Shown: positions 24,260-37,385 of the stretch, in pieces
How positions within the stretch are numbered: position 1 is the first letter of the stretch
Layout of the letters: each line of letters begins with the position of its first letter
Source of the DNA: Ignavibacteriota bacterium
GTDB taxonomy: Bacteria; Bacteroidota; Ignavibacteria; UBA10030
NCBI GenBank assembly: GCA_963790045.1
Contig: CAWBMS010000007.1
Coordinates: 225,705-289,704, forward strand
Length of the DNA stretch: 64,000 bases
Reading direction: 5' to 3'
Notes under the pieces: generated by a model
What the model was told of the DNA's origin: nothing
What the model saw: the letters and a program-made list of their open reading frames with translations, nothing else
Database searches by the model: none
Position numbers and translations under genes: made by a program

Positions 24260-26668
24260 ATGAGTGAACATTCAACTTCCAATCAACCAATTGAAACAAT
24301 AGAACAGATTCCCAATGTTTTGTCAATTCTCCCGCTACGAGATGTAGTGCTGTTTCCGTATATGATTTTTCCCGTGCTCGTTGGGCGTGAATCATCATTG
24401 AGAGCGGCAAACGAAGCATTGGAGCGCGGAAAAAATATTTTTCTTGTCGCGCAAAAAAATTCATCAATTGATGAACCGACAGAGGAAGACATCTATCGTG
24501 AAGGCACCGTCGCGAAAATTTTGCAAATGCTCAAACTGCCCAACGGCTTGATGAAAATTCTTGTCGATGGCGTCGTTCAGGCAAGCATTAAAAAGTATAT
24601 TCCCAATCAAAAATTTTTAGAAGCTGAAATTGTTATCAATCGTACACCATTGCCGGAAGGGCGTGAAGTTGAAGCGTTGGTACGCCATGTCTCAACGCTC
24701 TTTACCGAGTATGTTCGCCTGAATCGGAATATTCCTCCGGAAGCGATTATGACATACAACAACATCGGCGAGCCGCAGCGCAAAATGTACTACATCGCCT
24801 CGAATCTTGTTCAAAGCGTCGAAACCAAACAGCGTATTCTCCAAATACAAAATTTGCGCGATCAGTTATACGAACTATCAAAAATTCTGACAACCGAGGT
24901 CGATATCTTAAAAATCGAACGCGATATTGATTCAAAAGTTCAAGACAACATCCAGAAGTCGCAGCGGAAATATTTTATTCAAGAACAAATTCGCATTTTA
25001 CAAGATGAACTTGGCGACGATGAAGCATCGCCGGAACTTGCAAAGCTGAAAAAACAAATCCAGTCTGCAAAGATGCCGAAGGAAGTTTCCGAAAAAGCGA
25101 TGGAAGAATTTAATAAGATCAAAAAAACATCGCCGATGTCACCGGAATTTTCCGTTTCACGCAATTATTTGGATTGGTTGGTTTCCGTACCGTGGTACAA
25201 ACGCACCAAAGATGATCTTGCCATTGCGCATGTGAAGGAAATTTTAGATGCGGATCATTATGGATTAGACAAACCCAAAGATCGCATTTTGGAACATATT
25301 GCGGTGCTAAATTTGGTCAAAGAAATGCGCGGACAAATTCTATGTTTTGTCGGCCCACCGGGTGTTGGAAAAACATCACTGGCAAAATCCATTTCACGCG
25401 CGCTTGGAAGAAAATATGTCCGCATGTCGCTCGGCGGCGTGCGGGATGAAGCAGAAATTCGCGGTCACCGACGCACATACATCGGTTCATTGCCGGGAAA
25501 AATTATTCAGGCGATGAAGCGTGCTGGCGTTGTTAATCCAGTCATCTTGATGGATGAAGTGGATAAGATGAGCATGGATTTTCGCGGCGATCCATCGGCT
25601 GCGTTATTAGAAGTTCTCGACCCCGAGCAGAACACCACGTTCAACGATCATTATCTTGAAGTCGATTATGACCTTTCAAAAGTCATGTTTATCACCACAG
25701 CCAACGTACGGTATGAAATTCCTCTTCCGCTGCAAGACCGCATGGAAATTATCGAGCTTCCCGGATATTTGGATCATGAGAAAAAAGAAATTGCTAAACG
25801 GCACATTATTGCCAAACAGCTTGAAGCGCACGGATTAAAACCGAAAGAAGTAGAATTTCGTGATGAAGCGATTATGCGCATCATCAACGAATACACGCGT
25901 GAAGCCGGTGTGCGAAACCTTGAGCGTGAGATCGCATCCATTCTCCGCAAAGTTGCAAAAGAAATGGTAATGGCAATACAATCGAAAAAGAAAAAAGAAA
26001 AGGACAAATCGAAGAAGCCCATCATCGTTACTGCGGAGGCAGTGGAAAAATATTTAGGTGTTCCGAAGTTTCGTACGAAAGAAGCAGAACGCCAACCGCG
26101 TGTCGGTTCCGTAACGGGCTTGGCATGGACAAGCGTCGGTGGCGATATTTTGAATGTTGATGTTACTATAATGCGCGGCGCCGAGCGTCTCACACTAACC
26201 GGTCAACTTGGCGACGTGATGAAGGAATCAGCGCAAGCGGCGTTGAGCTATATTCGATCAAACGCAAAAAAGTTTGGCGTGAAACCGGAGTTTAATAAAG
26301 GGAAAGAAATCCATATTCACCTGCCGGAAGGTGCGATACCGAAAGATGGTCCTTCAGCCGGCATTACGCTTGCAATGGCAATTGTTTCTGCGGCGAGCAA
26401 TCGTCCGGCATGCAACAATGTTGCAATGACGGGAGAAATTACTCTTCGCGGAAATGTATTACCCATTGGCGGTTTGAATGAAAAGCTTCTTGCGGCACAG
26501 CGCAGCGGCATCAAGACTGTTTTGATTCCGAAAGAGAATCAAAAAGACCTGACAGAAATTCCCGACAAAGCAAAAGAAGGGCTTACCATCATTCCGATTG
26601 AAACGATTGAAGAAGCGATGAAGTATGTGTTTGCCAAGATGGGAAACAAGACGAAGAAAAAGAAATAA
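24260..26668 (+). CDS. lon: ATP-dependent Lon protease
   Basis: LON N-domain (LPLRDVVLFPYM), AAA+ motif GPPGVGKTSLAKS and the protease Ser motif PKDGPSAGIT. Confidence 0.97.
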   Translation: MSEHSTSNQPIETIEQIPNVLSILPLRDVVLFPYMIFPVLVGRESSLRAANEALERGKNIFLVAQKNSSIDEPTEEDIYREGTVAKILQMLKLPNGLMKILVDGVVQASIKKYIPNQKFLEAEIVINRTPLPEGREVEALVRHVSTLFTEYVRLNRNIPPEAIMTYNNIGEPQRKMYYIASNLVQSVETKQRILQIQNLRDQLYELSKILTTEVDILKIERDIDSKVQDNIQKSQRKYFIQEQIRILQDELGDDEASPELAKLKKQIQSAKMPKEVSEKAMEEFNKIKKTSPMSPEFSVSRNYLDWLVSVPWYKRTKDDLAIAHVKEILDADHYGLDKPKDRILEHIAVLNLVKEMRGQILCFVGPPGVGKTSLAKSISRALGRKYVRMSLGGVRDEAEIRGHRRTYIGSLPGKIIQAMKRAGVVNPVILMDEVDKMSMDFRGDPSAALLEVLDPEQNTTFNDHYLEVDYDLSKVMFITTANVRYEIPLPLQDRMEIIELPGYLDHEKKEIAKRHIIAKQLEAHGLKPKEVEFRDEAIMRIINEYTREAGVRNLEREIASILRKVAKEMVMAIQSKKKKEKDKSKKPIIVTAEAVEKYLGVPKFRTKEAERQPRVGSVTGLAWTSVGGDILNVDVTIMRGAERLTLTGQLGDVMKESAQAALSYIRSNAKKFGVKPEFNKGKEIHIHLPEGAIPKDGPSAGITLAMAIVSAASNRPACNNVAMTGEITLRGNVLPIGGLNEKLLAAQRSGIKTVLIPKENQKDLTEIPDKAKEGLTIIPIETIEEAMKYVFAKMGNKTKKKK

Positions 26669-26724
26669 AATTTCTGGATTCTAAAATCTGTTTTCTGTAT
26701 CCTTTCTATAAGATTGAAAAAGAA

Positions 26725-28501
26725 ATGAGTTACCAAGTTACAGCTCGCAAATGGCGGCCGATGATTTTCGACGATGTCGTCGGTCAATCGCATGTTACCA
26801 ATACCTTGCGTAATGCCATCTCATCGAATCGCGTGGCGCATGCGTACATCTTCAGCGGTACGCGCGGCTGCGGCAAAACGACAACCGCAAGAATTTTTGC
26901 GCGTGCACTCAATTGCAAATCGCCTATCAATCAAAATCCAGACAATACGTGCGACACATGTAAAGAAATTATCGAAGGCCGCGGGCTTGATGTCATTGAA
27001 ATTGACGGCGCCTCGAATCGCGGTGTAGAAGAAATTCGTAACCTGCGGGATTCCGTTCGGGTACACACCGACCAGCGGTTCTTATAAAATTTATATCATC
27101 GACGAAGTGCACATGCTGACGAAAGAAGCATTCAATGCGCTTCTCAAAACACTGGAAGAACCGCCGGCGCATGTGGTCTTCATCTTTGCTACGACCGAAG
27201 TGCACAAAGTGCCGATGACAATTCTTTCTCGCTGCCAGCGATTTGATTTCCGGCGCATTGCCATCGAAGAAATTATTGCCAGTTTGGCGGCGATTGCAAA
27301 AGCAGAAGATGTTACGATTGATGATGACTCTTTGATGATTATTGCAAAACGTGCAGATGGTTCGATGCGCGATTCGCAAAGCATTTTCGATCAGGTTCGT
27401 TCGTTTTGCGGAAACGATATCAATGCAGAGGAGTTGCGAAAAGCATTCAACATTGTCGATCAAGAATTATATTTTCGAACCAGCGAACTATTGGCACAGC
27501 ATGATTCCCGCGGTGCGGTTGCATTGGTGGATGATGTGATGAAAAGCGGGTACGATCTGCGCGAATTTGTCAACGGCTTATCGGAACATCTGCGAAATCT
27601 TTTATTGGTACGCTCAACGAATTCTACGAAGTTACTTGAAACATCCGAGCTATTCAAAAAACGGTATGAAGCAGATGCACAGAAATTTTCTGAAAACGAT
27701 TTGCTTCGTTTTTTAAAACGCACGAATGAATTAGACCAAGAACTTCGCTGGGCGCCGCAGCCGCGCTATCGTTTAGAAGCGGCATTGCTCCAGATGGTAA
27801 CGATGGAGAGTGCTGTGCAGATTGGAGAGTTACTTCAACAGTTTGAGGCACTGAAAAAAAAACTCAACTTTAGCGGATCGGTGATCAACGCACCGATTAC
27901 ATCCGCCGGTTTTGCTTCACATAAATCACCAACTATTCCAGAATCGTCCACACCGCTTCCAAAAACTAAAACGACATCGGCATTTAATTATTCATCGTTA
28001 CTTGGTACCGATCTTACAAAAGTTGCCGGTGTTCCGAAATTAGCCGAACCAGCACCGAACATTTCACCGATCGCATATTCTCAAATCAATCCAACATCGT
28101 TAACGGTTGATGAAATTTTCGGCAAGTGGACAGAATTTGTGAACTGTGTTTCAAAATCACGAATTGCCGTTGGCATCTCTTTACATGAAGCACATGTGCT
28201 GGAAGTGAATCATGGGTTGGTGCATCTTGCATGTCCAGATGAGTATCATGTTTCAACGCTTCGACGGAATAAAGAATTTTTGTCGGAAATGTTTCATCAA
28301 GTTGTTGGCAAACGAGTATCGATTGAATCGGTTCTGCATTCAGAAAAAACACCGATAATGTCAAACACGAAACAACTCCTTGATCCCATTTCCGCAGATG
28401 CTGAAGGAAAACATCGTTCTGCAATTCCGGAGGATGCAGCAAAAGATCATCCGGTGCTCTCACTTTTAAAACGTGAACTTTCTGCTGAACGCATCGATTG
28501 A
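26725..28501 (+). CDS. dnaX: DNA polymerase III subunit gamma/tau, frame-disrupted as sequenced
   Basis: GTRGCGKTT Walker A lies on ORF 26725..27087. IIDEVHMLTKEAFNALLKTLEEPP lies on ORF 27107..28501. They join as SVR|YTPTSGSYKIYIIDEVHML after removing one G of the GGG at 27059-27061. Confidence 0.95.
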
Positions 28502-28620
28502 CTTGATTCTCAAAACGGAAACCCCTACCTTAGTACAAAGAAAAAGGAATTACGTATAGCACATTGATAGAGCGTTGTGAAATTTTTTTGTAGAACTCAC
28601 TCGTCTCTGTAATGTTTTAG

Positions 28621-28650
28621 CCGAACCGGTAAGATGAGTTCGGTTTTTTT
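28621..28650 (+). terminator. hairpin plus T7, 120 nt after the dnaX stop
   Basis: CCGAAC cggtaagatga GTTCGG TTTTTTT. It lies only 13 nt before the next ATG. Confidence 0.5.
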
Positions 28651-28662
28651 GTTTTAGAATGT

Positions 28663-29691
28663 ATGAATAAACGAATTGTATCGACAATATTGATATTGGT
28701 ATCGTTGTTTCAAGGAACACTTGCACAATCGGTGGCGAAATACGCTGGCGAATTTCTTGCCATCGGTGTTGGCGGACGCGCACTTGGATTGGGCGGTGCA
28801 TATTCTGCATTGGCAAATGATGTAACGGCGGGCTATTGGAATCCCGCGGCACTGACACGAATCAATTATCCGGAAGTAATGTTAATGCACGACGAACGCT
28901 TTGCCGGATTATTGAATTATGACTATGGCGGGATTGCGATTCCGTACGGAACGAATGCAACCCTGGCAATCAGCGCAATTCGTCTTGGTGTGGATGGAAT
29001 TCCAAACACCACTCATGCCGGTATCGATGCAAATGGAAATCCAACAACTGATCCAAGCAATATTGTTGGACTTGATGAAAGTCAGATCACGTATTTTAAT
29101 TCTGCCGACTGGGCGATATATGCGAGTTACGCACAGCGCTATTCCGAAAAACTTTCATATGGCATCAATGTAAAATTTATCCGGCGAACAATTTCCGATA
29201 CTTCAGCAACAGGAATTGGTTTTGATATCGGCATTTTGTATTCACCGATAGAAAATTTATATTTAGCAGCAAACGCACAGGATATCACAACAACACTCAT
29301 AGCGTGGTCAACAGGAACGAATGAACTCATTTCGCCGACTCTCAAAGTCGGTGCAGCGTACACGATTGATTTTTTGCATGGAAAAGTTTCTCCGACAACC
29401 GATATCGATATTCGTTTTGAGAACCGTCAATTTGCATCCATTGCAAATATAGGTCCCGTGAGTTTTGATCCACATGTGGGATTGGAATATGATTACAAAA
29501 ATACGGTTGCAGTGCGTGTCGGGTACAGCGATGTAAAGCAGTTAACGCTCGGCGCTGGATTGCATTTGCGAAAAATCGATCTGGATTATTCGTACGCACG
29601 GTTCAGTGCCGATAACGATTTAGGCGATACACATCGAATTTCTCTTCGCATCATGTTGCAATCACAAAAACTTGCGCGCACAACGGAATAA
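28663..29691 (+). CDS. outer-membrane beta-barrel, PorV/PorQ-like
   Basis: Signal peptide, then AGEFLAIGVGGRALGLGGAYSALANDVTAGYWNPAAL. Alternating beta-strand pattern through to the C-terminus. Confidence 0.55.
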   Translation: MNKRIVSTILILVSLFQGTLAQSVAKYAGEFLAIGVGGRALGLGGAYSALANDVTAGYWNPAALTRINYPEVMLMHDERFAGLLNYDYGGIAIPYGTNATLAISAIRLGVDGIPNTTHAGIDANGNPTTDPSNIVGLDESQITYFNSADWAIYASYAQRYSEKLSYGINVKFIRRTISDTSATGIGFDIGILYSPIENLYLAANAQDITTTLIAWSTGTNELISPTLKVGAAYTIDFLHGKVSPTTDIDIRFENRQFASIANIGPVSFDPHVGLEYDYKNTVAVRVGYSDVKQLTLGAGLHLRKIDLDYSYARFSADNDLGDTHRISLRIMLQSQKLARTTE

Positions 29692-29715
29692 TAAAATATT
29701 CCATCGTCCTTTTGT

Positions 29716-31901
<2,186 letters not shown>

Positions 31902-32159
31902 AGGTTTCTTTCTTAAATAAAAATACCATAAGGATTAGAAATATTCTAATCACCGATAAAAATAAAATATACGGTACCATTCCTCTTCAAGCAATCCGAA
32001 AAACAATCCCGGAATATAAAAACACCTGCCGAATTGGCAACACCGAGCATTCTGGCACACGTGAAAACTCGAAATTCATTAAAAATAAATAACATTAAGG
32101 TTCGTTAATATTGTTTACATGTCTGACAGAGTTTCACTAATATCATATCACGTAAAACA

Positions 32160-33498
32160 ATGAGAACGCAAAAACAATTTTATATTGAAACATACGGTTG
32201 CCAGATGAATATGGCAGATACCGAAATTGTGCGACGAATTATGCACGATGCCGGTTATGCGTTGACGAACGATGCAACAGATGCCGATGCAATTTTGGTG
32301 AACACATGCGCCGTGCGCGATAATGCTGAACAGCGGATTTACGGGCGCCTTGGTGATTTTAGCCGCTACAAAAAAGAACATCCCGGAACCATTGTTGGCG
32401 TATTAGGATGTATGGCGGAGCGATTGCGAAAAGATTTGATGGAATCTGAAAGTTTTGTGGATCTCGTTGTCGGCCCGGATGAGTACCGAAAACTTCCTGC
32501 ATTGGTGGAAGCTGCTTTGGAAGGTGAGAAAGGAATTGCTGTCAAACTTTCGCGTGTGGAAAATTATGACGACATCGTTCCCCTGCGCACTGATGGGTTG
32601 AGCGCATGGGTTTCCATTATGCGCGGCTGCGATAAATTTTGCACGTATTGCGTTGTGCCATTCACACGCGGACGCGAACGAAGCCGGACACTCCACAATA
32701 TTGTTCGTGAAGTAGAAGAATTATCTACGCGAGGATTTAAAGAAGTAACATTGCTCGGACAAAATGTCAATTCGTATCGCGACGAGAATTATGATTTTGC
32801 CGATTTACTCATGCGTGTTGCCGAGGTCGATCTGTACGATGCGCGTACGTTTTACCACGTCACATCCGCAGGATATGTCGGAAAAACTTATTGAAGCCAT
32901 CGCGTTGCAAGAAAATATCTGCAAGTATATTCATCTTCCCGTTCAATCCGGTTCCGATAGAATATTAGAATTGATGAACCGAACGTACACGGCGGCGCAT
33001 TATTTATCATTGGTTCAAAAAATTAAACAGATCATTCCCGGCGTCAGTCTTTCAACCGATATTATTTCCGGATTTCCGACGGAAACAGACGACGATCATA
33101 GAATGACGCTGGAATTGCTTCGCGAAGTAGAATACGATGGCGCGTTCACGTTTAAATATTCTTCGCGCGAAAATACCAAAGCATGGTCTATGCCGGATGA
33201 TGTTCCAGAAGAAATTAAGACGCAACGGTTGAACGAAATTATCGAATTGCAACGAGCTATTTCTGTTCGGCAAAACTCTGCAATGATCGGACAGCGCGTT
33301 GAAGTCCTGGTTGAAGGCGTCAGCAAAAAATCGGAACACGACTTTTGCGGGCGAACGGACACGAACAAAATGGTGATCTTTCCCAAAAACGGCGATGCGG
33401 TCGGCGATTATATTCACATTGCCATTGAGCGCGTAAATTCTGCAACATTATTCGGCAAACAAGTCCACGCGGCACAACCTGTAAGTGTGAACGGATAA
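32160..33498 (+). CDS. miaB: tRNA-2-methylthio-N6-dimethylallyladenosine synthase, frame-disrupted as sequenced
   Basis: YIETYGCQMN, the radical-SAM motif CDKFCTYC and a TRAM C-terminus. Track ORFs 32160..32894 and 32764..33498 join near VAEVD..MRVRFTTSHP (site within 32829-32838). Confidence 0.93.
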
Positions 33499-33509
33499 AG
33501 GAGATTGCG

Positions 33510-34220
33510 ATGAAAACATTTTCCAAATTATTGATCGCTGTTCTTTTGCTGTTGAACCATGCTTCTCTTCTGGCACAAGCAGGAAACGAGCCGGATATCC
33601 GCCGCCGCTTGGAAATGATCGAACGCGGACAAGGCGACGCCGTGCGTGCAGAATTGCCATCGCTGATGACCAATTATCAAAACAATCCCGGTGTGATGTA
33701 TTTGCAAGGCGTGCTGACAACCGACGGCGCAGAAGCAGCAAAAATTTATCAAAGTATTGTCGATAATTTTCCAAAGAGCGAATGGGGCGACGATGCGCTC
33801 TATAAATTGTATCAATATTATTATTCCATCGGTCTGTATAAAACAGCGGATCAAAAACTTCAACAGTTAAAAGAAGAATATCCGTTTTCGGCGTACGCAA
33901 CCGAACAACCTGCATCACACGAACAGAAATCTATTCCCAAAGAAAAACCGATCACGCTGAAACAAAAAAACACTGTTCAAAAATTTGCTACAGGGTTCAC
34001 GGTACAAGTCGGTGCATTTTCCACCTTACCGAATGCCAATGAGTTGAAAGAAAAATTTGAAAAAGAGGGATACTCCGCGAATATCTTCACCATCGTCAGT
34101 AACGGAAAAAAAATGCACAAAGTATGGGTCGGAGAATTTCAGACCTACGATGAAGCGAAACGCTCGGCGGTAGAAATCAAAAAGAAATTTAACCTTTCAT
34201 CGATTGTGGTATCGCGATAA
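33510..34220 (+). CDS. TPR-like plus SPOR domain protein
   Basis: Signal peptide. The C-terminal FTVQVGAFSTLPNANELKEKFEKEGYSANI...VWVGEF is a SPOR fold signature. Confidence 0.75.
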   Translation: MKTFSKLLIAVLLLLNHASLLAQAGNEPDIRRRLEMIERGQGDAVRAELPSLMTNYQNNPGVMYLQGVLTTDGAEAAKIYQSIVDNFPKSEWGDDALYKLYQYYYSIGLYKTADQKLQQLKEEYPFSAYATEQPASHEQKSIPKEKPITLKQKNTVQKFATGFTVQVGAFSTLPNANELKEKFEKEGYSANIFTIVSNGKKMHKVWVGEFQTYDEAKRSAVEIKKKFNLSSIVVSR

Positions 34221-35335
34221 TGGACCGAGAACAATTTCAACGAGCACATGGTCTTGTCGGACAATCTCCTGAACTTCAGGATGTTGTGGATGTCATTCAA
34301 CAGGTGGCACCGACGGACATTGCTGTGTTGATTACCGGTGAAAGCGGTACAGGAAAAGAGGTCGTGGCAAAAGCGATTCACAGCGCAAGCAAACGCTCCA
34401 GCAAGCCGATGGTATCGGTCAATTGCGGCGCGATACCGGAAGGATTGATTGAAAGCGAATTGTTCGGCCACGAAAAAGGTTCGTTCACGAGTGCAGTCGA
34501 TGCGCGCCAGGGATATTTTGAAATTGCAAACAGCGGAACGATTTTTTTGGATGAAGTCGGTGATATGCCGCTTGATACACAGGTCAAATTATTGCGTGTG
34601 TTAGAAAATGGCGAGTATATGCGCGTCGGTTCTTCGATGCCGAAGCATACCGATGTGCGCGTGATTGCTGCCACGAACAGATCGCTGGAATATGAAGTGC
34701 AGCAAAAACACTTTCGCGCAGATTTATATTTTCGATTGCGTTCGGTGAACATTCAATTACCGCCGTTGCGAAATCGTAAAGAAGATATTCCTGCACTTGT
34801 GGAACAATTTGTCGGCGAAGTGACAGCAAAAAACAAAACACAATTTGCCGGCTTCACCGATGATGCGACAGAATTGTTGATGGCGTATCGCTGGCCCGGC
34901 AATGTGCGGGAATTGAAAAATGCTATCGAAAGCATGCTCGTGCTGGAACGCGGCAAACGATTGAACAGCGAAGATGTTCAGAAATATATTAGCACGCAGC
35001 AAAACGTTGTCACAGATAGAAACCTGCCGGTTGTTGCCAACAAGACTGTGGAACAAGCAGAACGTGAATTGATTTATCGCGCACTGTTAGATTTAAAATC
35101 CAACATCATTGAGCTAAAAGAATTGATTGCCGAAAAATTTTCACCGGTCAACGGTGATACAGCACTTCACGATTCGCAAAACACGAACGGTATTTTGACG
35201 ATCGATGAAATGGAACGGCGCATGATTCAGACGGCATTAAATCGCAACAAAGGCAATCGGCGAAGAGCAGCGCGTGAGCTGCACATCAGTGAACGGTCGC
35301 TGTATCGCAAGATCAAAGATTATGGTATTCAATAA
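34220..35335 (+). CDS. sigma-54-dependent transcriptional activator lacking a receiver/sensor domain
   Basis: Begins directly with the AAA+ module (GESGTGKEVVAKAIH, ESELFGHEKGSFTSA, RADLYFRL). C-terminal Fis-type HTH. Confidence 0.9.
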   Translation: MDREQFQRAHGLVGQSPELQDVVDVIQQVAPTDIAVLITGESGTGKEVVAKAIHSASKRSSKPMVSVNCGAIPEGLIESELFGHEKGSFTSAVDARQGYFEIANSGTIFLDEVGDMPLDTQVKLLRVLENGEYMRVGSSMPKHTDVRVIAATNRSLEYEVQQKHFRADLYFRLRSVNIQLPPLRNRKEDIPALVEQFVGEVTAKNKTQFAGFTDDATELLMAYRWPGNVRELKNAIESMLVLERGKRLNSEDVQKYISTQQNVVTDRNLPVVANKTVEQAERELIYRALLDLKSNIIELKELIAEKFSPVNGDTALHDSQNTNGILTIDEMERRMIQTALNRNKGNRRRAARELHISERSLYRKIKDYGIQ

Positions 35336-35337
35336 CA

Positions 35338-35856
35338 ATGAAGCATTCGATGAAATATAAACAAATCGTCATTGTTGTAATTTCACCTATGCTGCTGATA
35401 TTTTCAGGATGCACGTATTCATTCAAGGGCGGTTCTGCGCCGTCGAATTTAAAAACGATTGTCATTCCGGTTGTCGATGACCAGAGCGGCTTCGGCGATC
35501 CGACACTGCGCGATTCGTTCACGCAGAAAATTGTCAAAGAATTTTCAGACGACAATTCGCTGCAAGTGACCGACCGCAATTCTGCAGATTCCATGCTGGA
35601 AATCGTCATCACGGATGTGAAAGATGTTCCGCTGGCGTTACAGGGCGGCGAAAATGTTTCAACACGGCGCATTACAGTCACCGTACGCGCAACCTTTCAA
35701 GATTTGAAACAGAGAAAAAAACTCTGGGAAAAAAGTTTTAGTCAATATGGAGACTATCCTTCAGGCGGTGGGCTGACGCAGCGCACTGTAGGAGTAACGG
35801 ATGCAGTCAGTAAGTTAACGGAAGATATTCTTAACGACACAGTCGCTGGATGGTAA
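35338..35856 (+). CDS. lptE: LptE-like lipoprotein
   Basis: Lipobox LIFSGC, then YSFKGG...IVIPVVDDQSGFGDP...RRITVTVRATF, as in Bacteroidetes LptE. Confidence 0.65.
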   Translation: MKHSMKYKQIVIVVISPMLLIFSGCTYSFKGGSAPSNLKTIVIPVVDDQSGFGDPTLRDSFTQKIVKEFSDDNSLQVTDRNSADSMLEIVITDVKDVPLALQGGENVSTRRITVTVRATFQDLKQRKKLWEKSFSQYGDYPSGGGLTQRTVGVTDAVSKLTEDILNDTVAGW

Positions 35857-37385
35857 TTATGATACTCGCAACATGTTTTTTTGGACAGTATTTTTTTGAA
35901 AGCGGTTTATTCACGCATATCATTATGGTTGTTTATTTTATTTCACTTCTCATTCTCTTTATGTTTGGCGCACACGGATTTGTCATGGTCTATCATTATC
36001 TCAAACAGCGAAATCTTACGCCGAACCAACCGCTGTTAAAACAGACGCCGATTGTTACTGTGCAATTGCCGCTTTTCAACGAGTTGTATGTCGTGAACCG
36101 GCTTATCGATGCTGTGTGTGCCTTGGAATATCCGAAAGAAAAATTAGAAGTTCAGGTGCTTGACGATTCCACGGATGAAACTCAAGAGCTTGTTGATAAA
36201 ATTGTATCGCACTATCAAGCACTCGGGTACGACATTAAACATATCCATCGCACTGATCGATCTGGATATAAAGCGGGTGCATTGAAGTACGGGTTGTCAA
36301 CCTCGCGCGGAGAATTTGTTGCGATCTTCGATGCGGACTTTGTACCGAATCCGGATTTCTTACAAAAGACTATTCCGTATTTTTTCACTGATCCGAAAAT
36401 TGGCGTTGTGCAAACGCGGTGGGAGCATTTGAACGGCGAGTATTCTTTGCTTACGCGCACGCAAGCATTTGCGCTCGACGGACATTTTGTAGTAGAACAA
36501 GATGTACGCTGCAAAGCCGGATATTTTATCAACTTCAACGGCACCGGCGGCGTGTGGCGCAAAGCCACGATTTTAGACGCAGGCAACTGGCAGTCCGATA
36601 CGTTAACAGAAGATTTAGATCTCAGCTATCGTGCGCAATTGCGCGGTTGGAAATTTAAGTATTTGAATAATGTTACTTCACCGGCAGAACTGCCGGCAGA
36701 AGTGAATGCGCTCAAGTCGCAGCAATTTCGCTGGACGAAAGGTGCAATTGAAACGGCACGGAAAATTTTGCCGGAAGTGTGGAAAGCAAAAATTCCGCTG
36801 CGTGTCAAAATTCATTCAACATTTCATCTGACGAATAACATCGTGTTTCCGTTTATTGTGCTTGCAGGCATTTTAAACGTTCCGCTTATTTATATCAAGC
36901 AGCAGCATGGACACGAAGCGTATTTTGCAATGATGTCCGTATTTGTATTGGCATTCATCGGATCATTTTTATTTTATTTGATTTCGCAAAAGTCCGTTTA
37001 TGCCGATTGGCGTCGCCGTATTTTACTGTTTCCGCTGTTTATGGCGGGCAGCATGGGGTTTGCTGTGAATAATTCCCGCGCCGTCTTTGAAGGGCTCTTC
37101 AAAAAGAAAAGCGAATTTGTGCGTACGCCTAAATTTGCTATTCAAACAAAACAAGATATGTGGAAAGAAAAGAGATACATCACCACAAAGAAGAAATTCG
37201 ATTGGGTAATTCTGGTTGAAATTCTTTTGGCGCTCTATTGCTTATTTGGTGTGATTTCATCAATATATTACTTGGAAATAGCTTCAATGCCGTTTCAGTT
37301 GATGTATTTCATGGGATTTTCGATTGTCTCATGGCTTTCGATCCGGCATGCATTTGAAGCACGAAAACTTCGTTCACAAGCATGA
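35850..37385 (+). CDS. processive family-2 glycosyltransferase (cellulose-synthase-like)
   Basis: LPLFNE, VLDDSTD, FDADFVP and QQFRWTKG (the QxxRW motif), with flanking TM segments. Confidence 0.85.
   Translation: MVIMILATCFFGQYFFESGLFTHIIMVVYFISLLILFMFGAHGFVMVYHYLKQRNLTPNQPLLKQTPIVTVQLPLFNELYVVNRLIDAVCALEYPKEKLEVQVLDDSTDETQELVDKIVSHYQALGYDIKHIHRTDRSGYKAGALKYGLSTSRGEFVAIFDADFVPNPDFLQKTIPYFFTDPKIGVVQTRWEHLNGEYSLLTRTQAFALDGHFVVEQDVRCKAGYFINFNGTGGVWRKATILDAGNWQSDTLTEDLDLSYRAQLRGWKFKYLNNVTSPAELPAEVNALKSQQFRWTKGAIETARKILPEVWKAKIPLRVKIHSTFHLTNNIVFPFIVLAGILNVPLIYIKQQHGHEAYFAMMSVFVLAFIGSFLFYLISQKSVYADWRRRILLFPLFMAGSMGFAVNNSRAVFEGLFKKKSEFVRTPKFAIQTKQDMWKEKRYITTKKKFDWVILVEILLALYCLFGVISSIYYLEIASMPFQLMYFMGFSIVSWLSIRHAFEARKLRSQA

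Noticed and set aside
27051-27110. The dnaX frame break considered as programmed ribosomal frameshifting (tau/gamma).
   Set aside because: The known dnaX recoding site lies after the AAA+ and clamp-loader core. This break is between Walker A and Walker B. It would abolish both products, has no slippery heptamer, and is a simple extra G in a GGG run, like the other errors in this window.
28502-28620. An SRP RNA, or ybaB/recR genes, expected next to dnaX.
   Set aside because: The conserved SRP domain IV sequence is not visible, and there is no ORF of suitable size.
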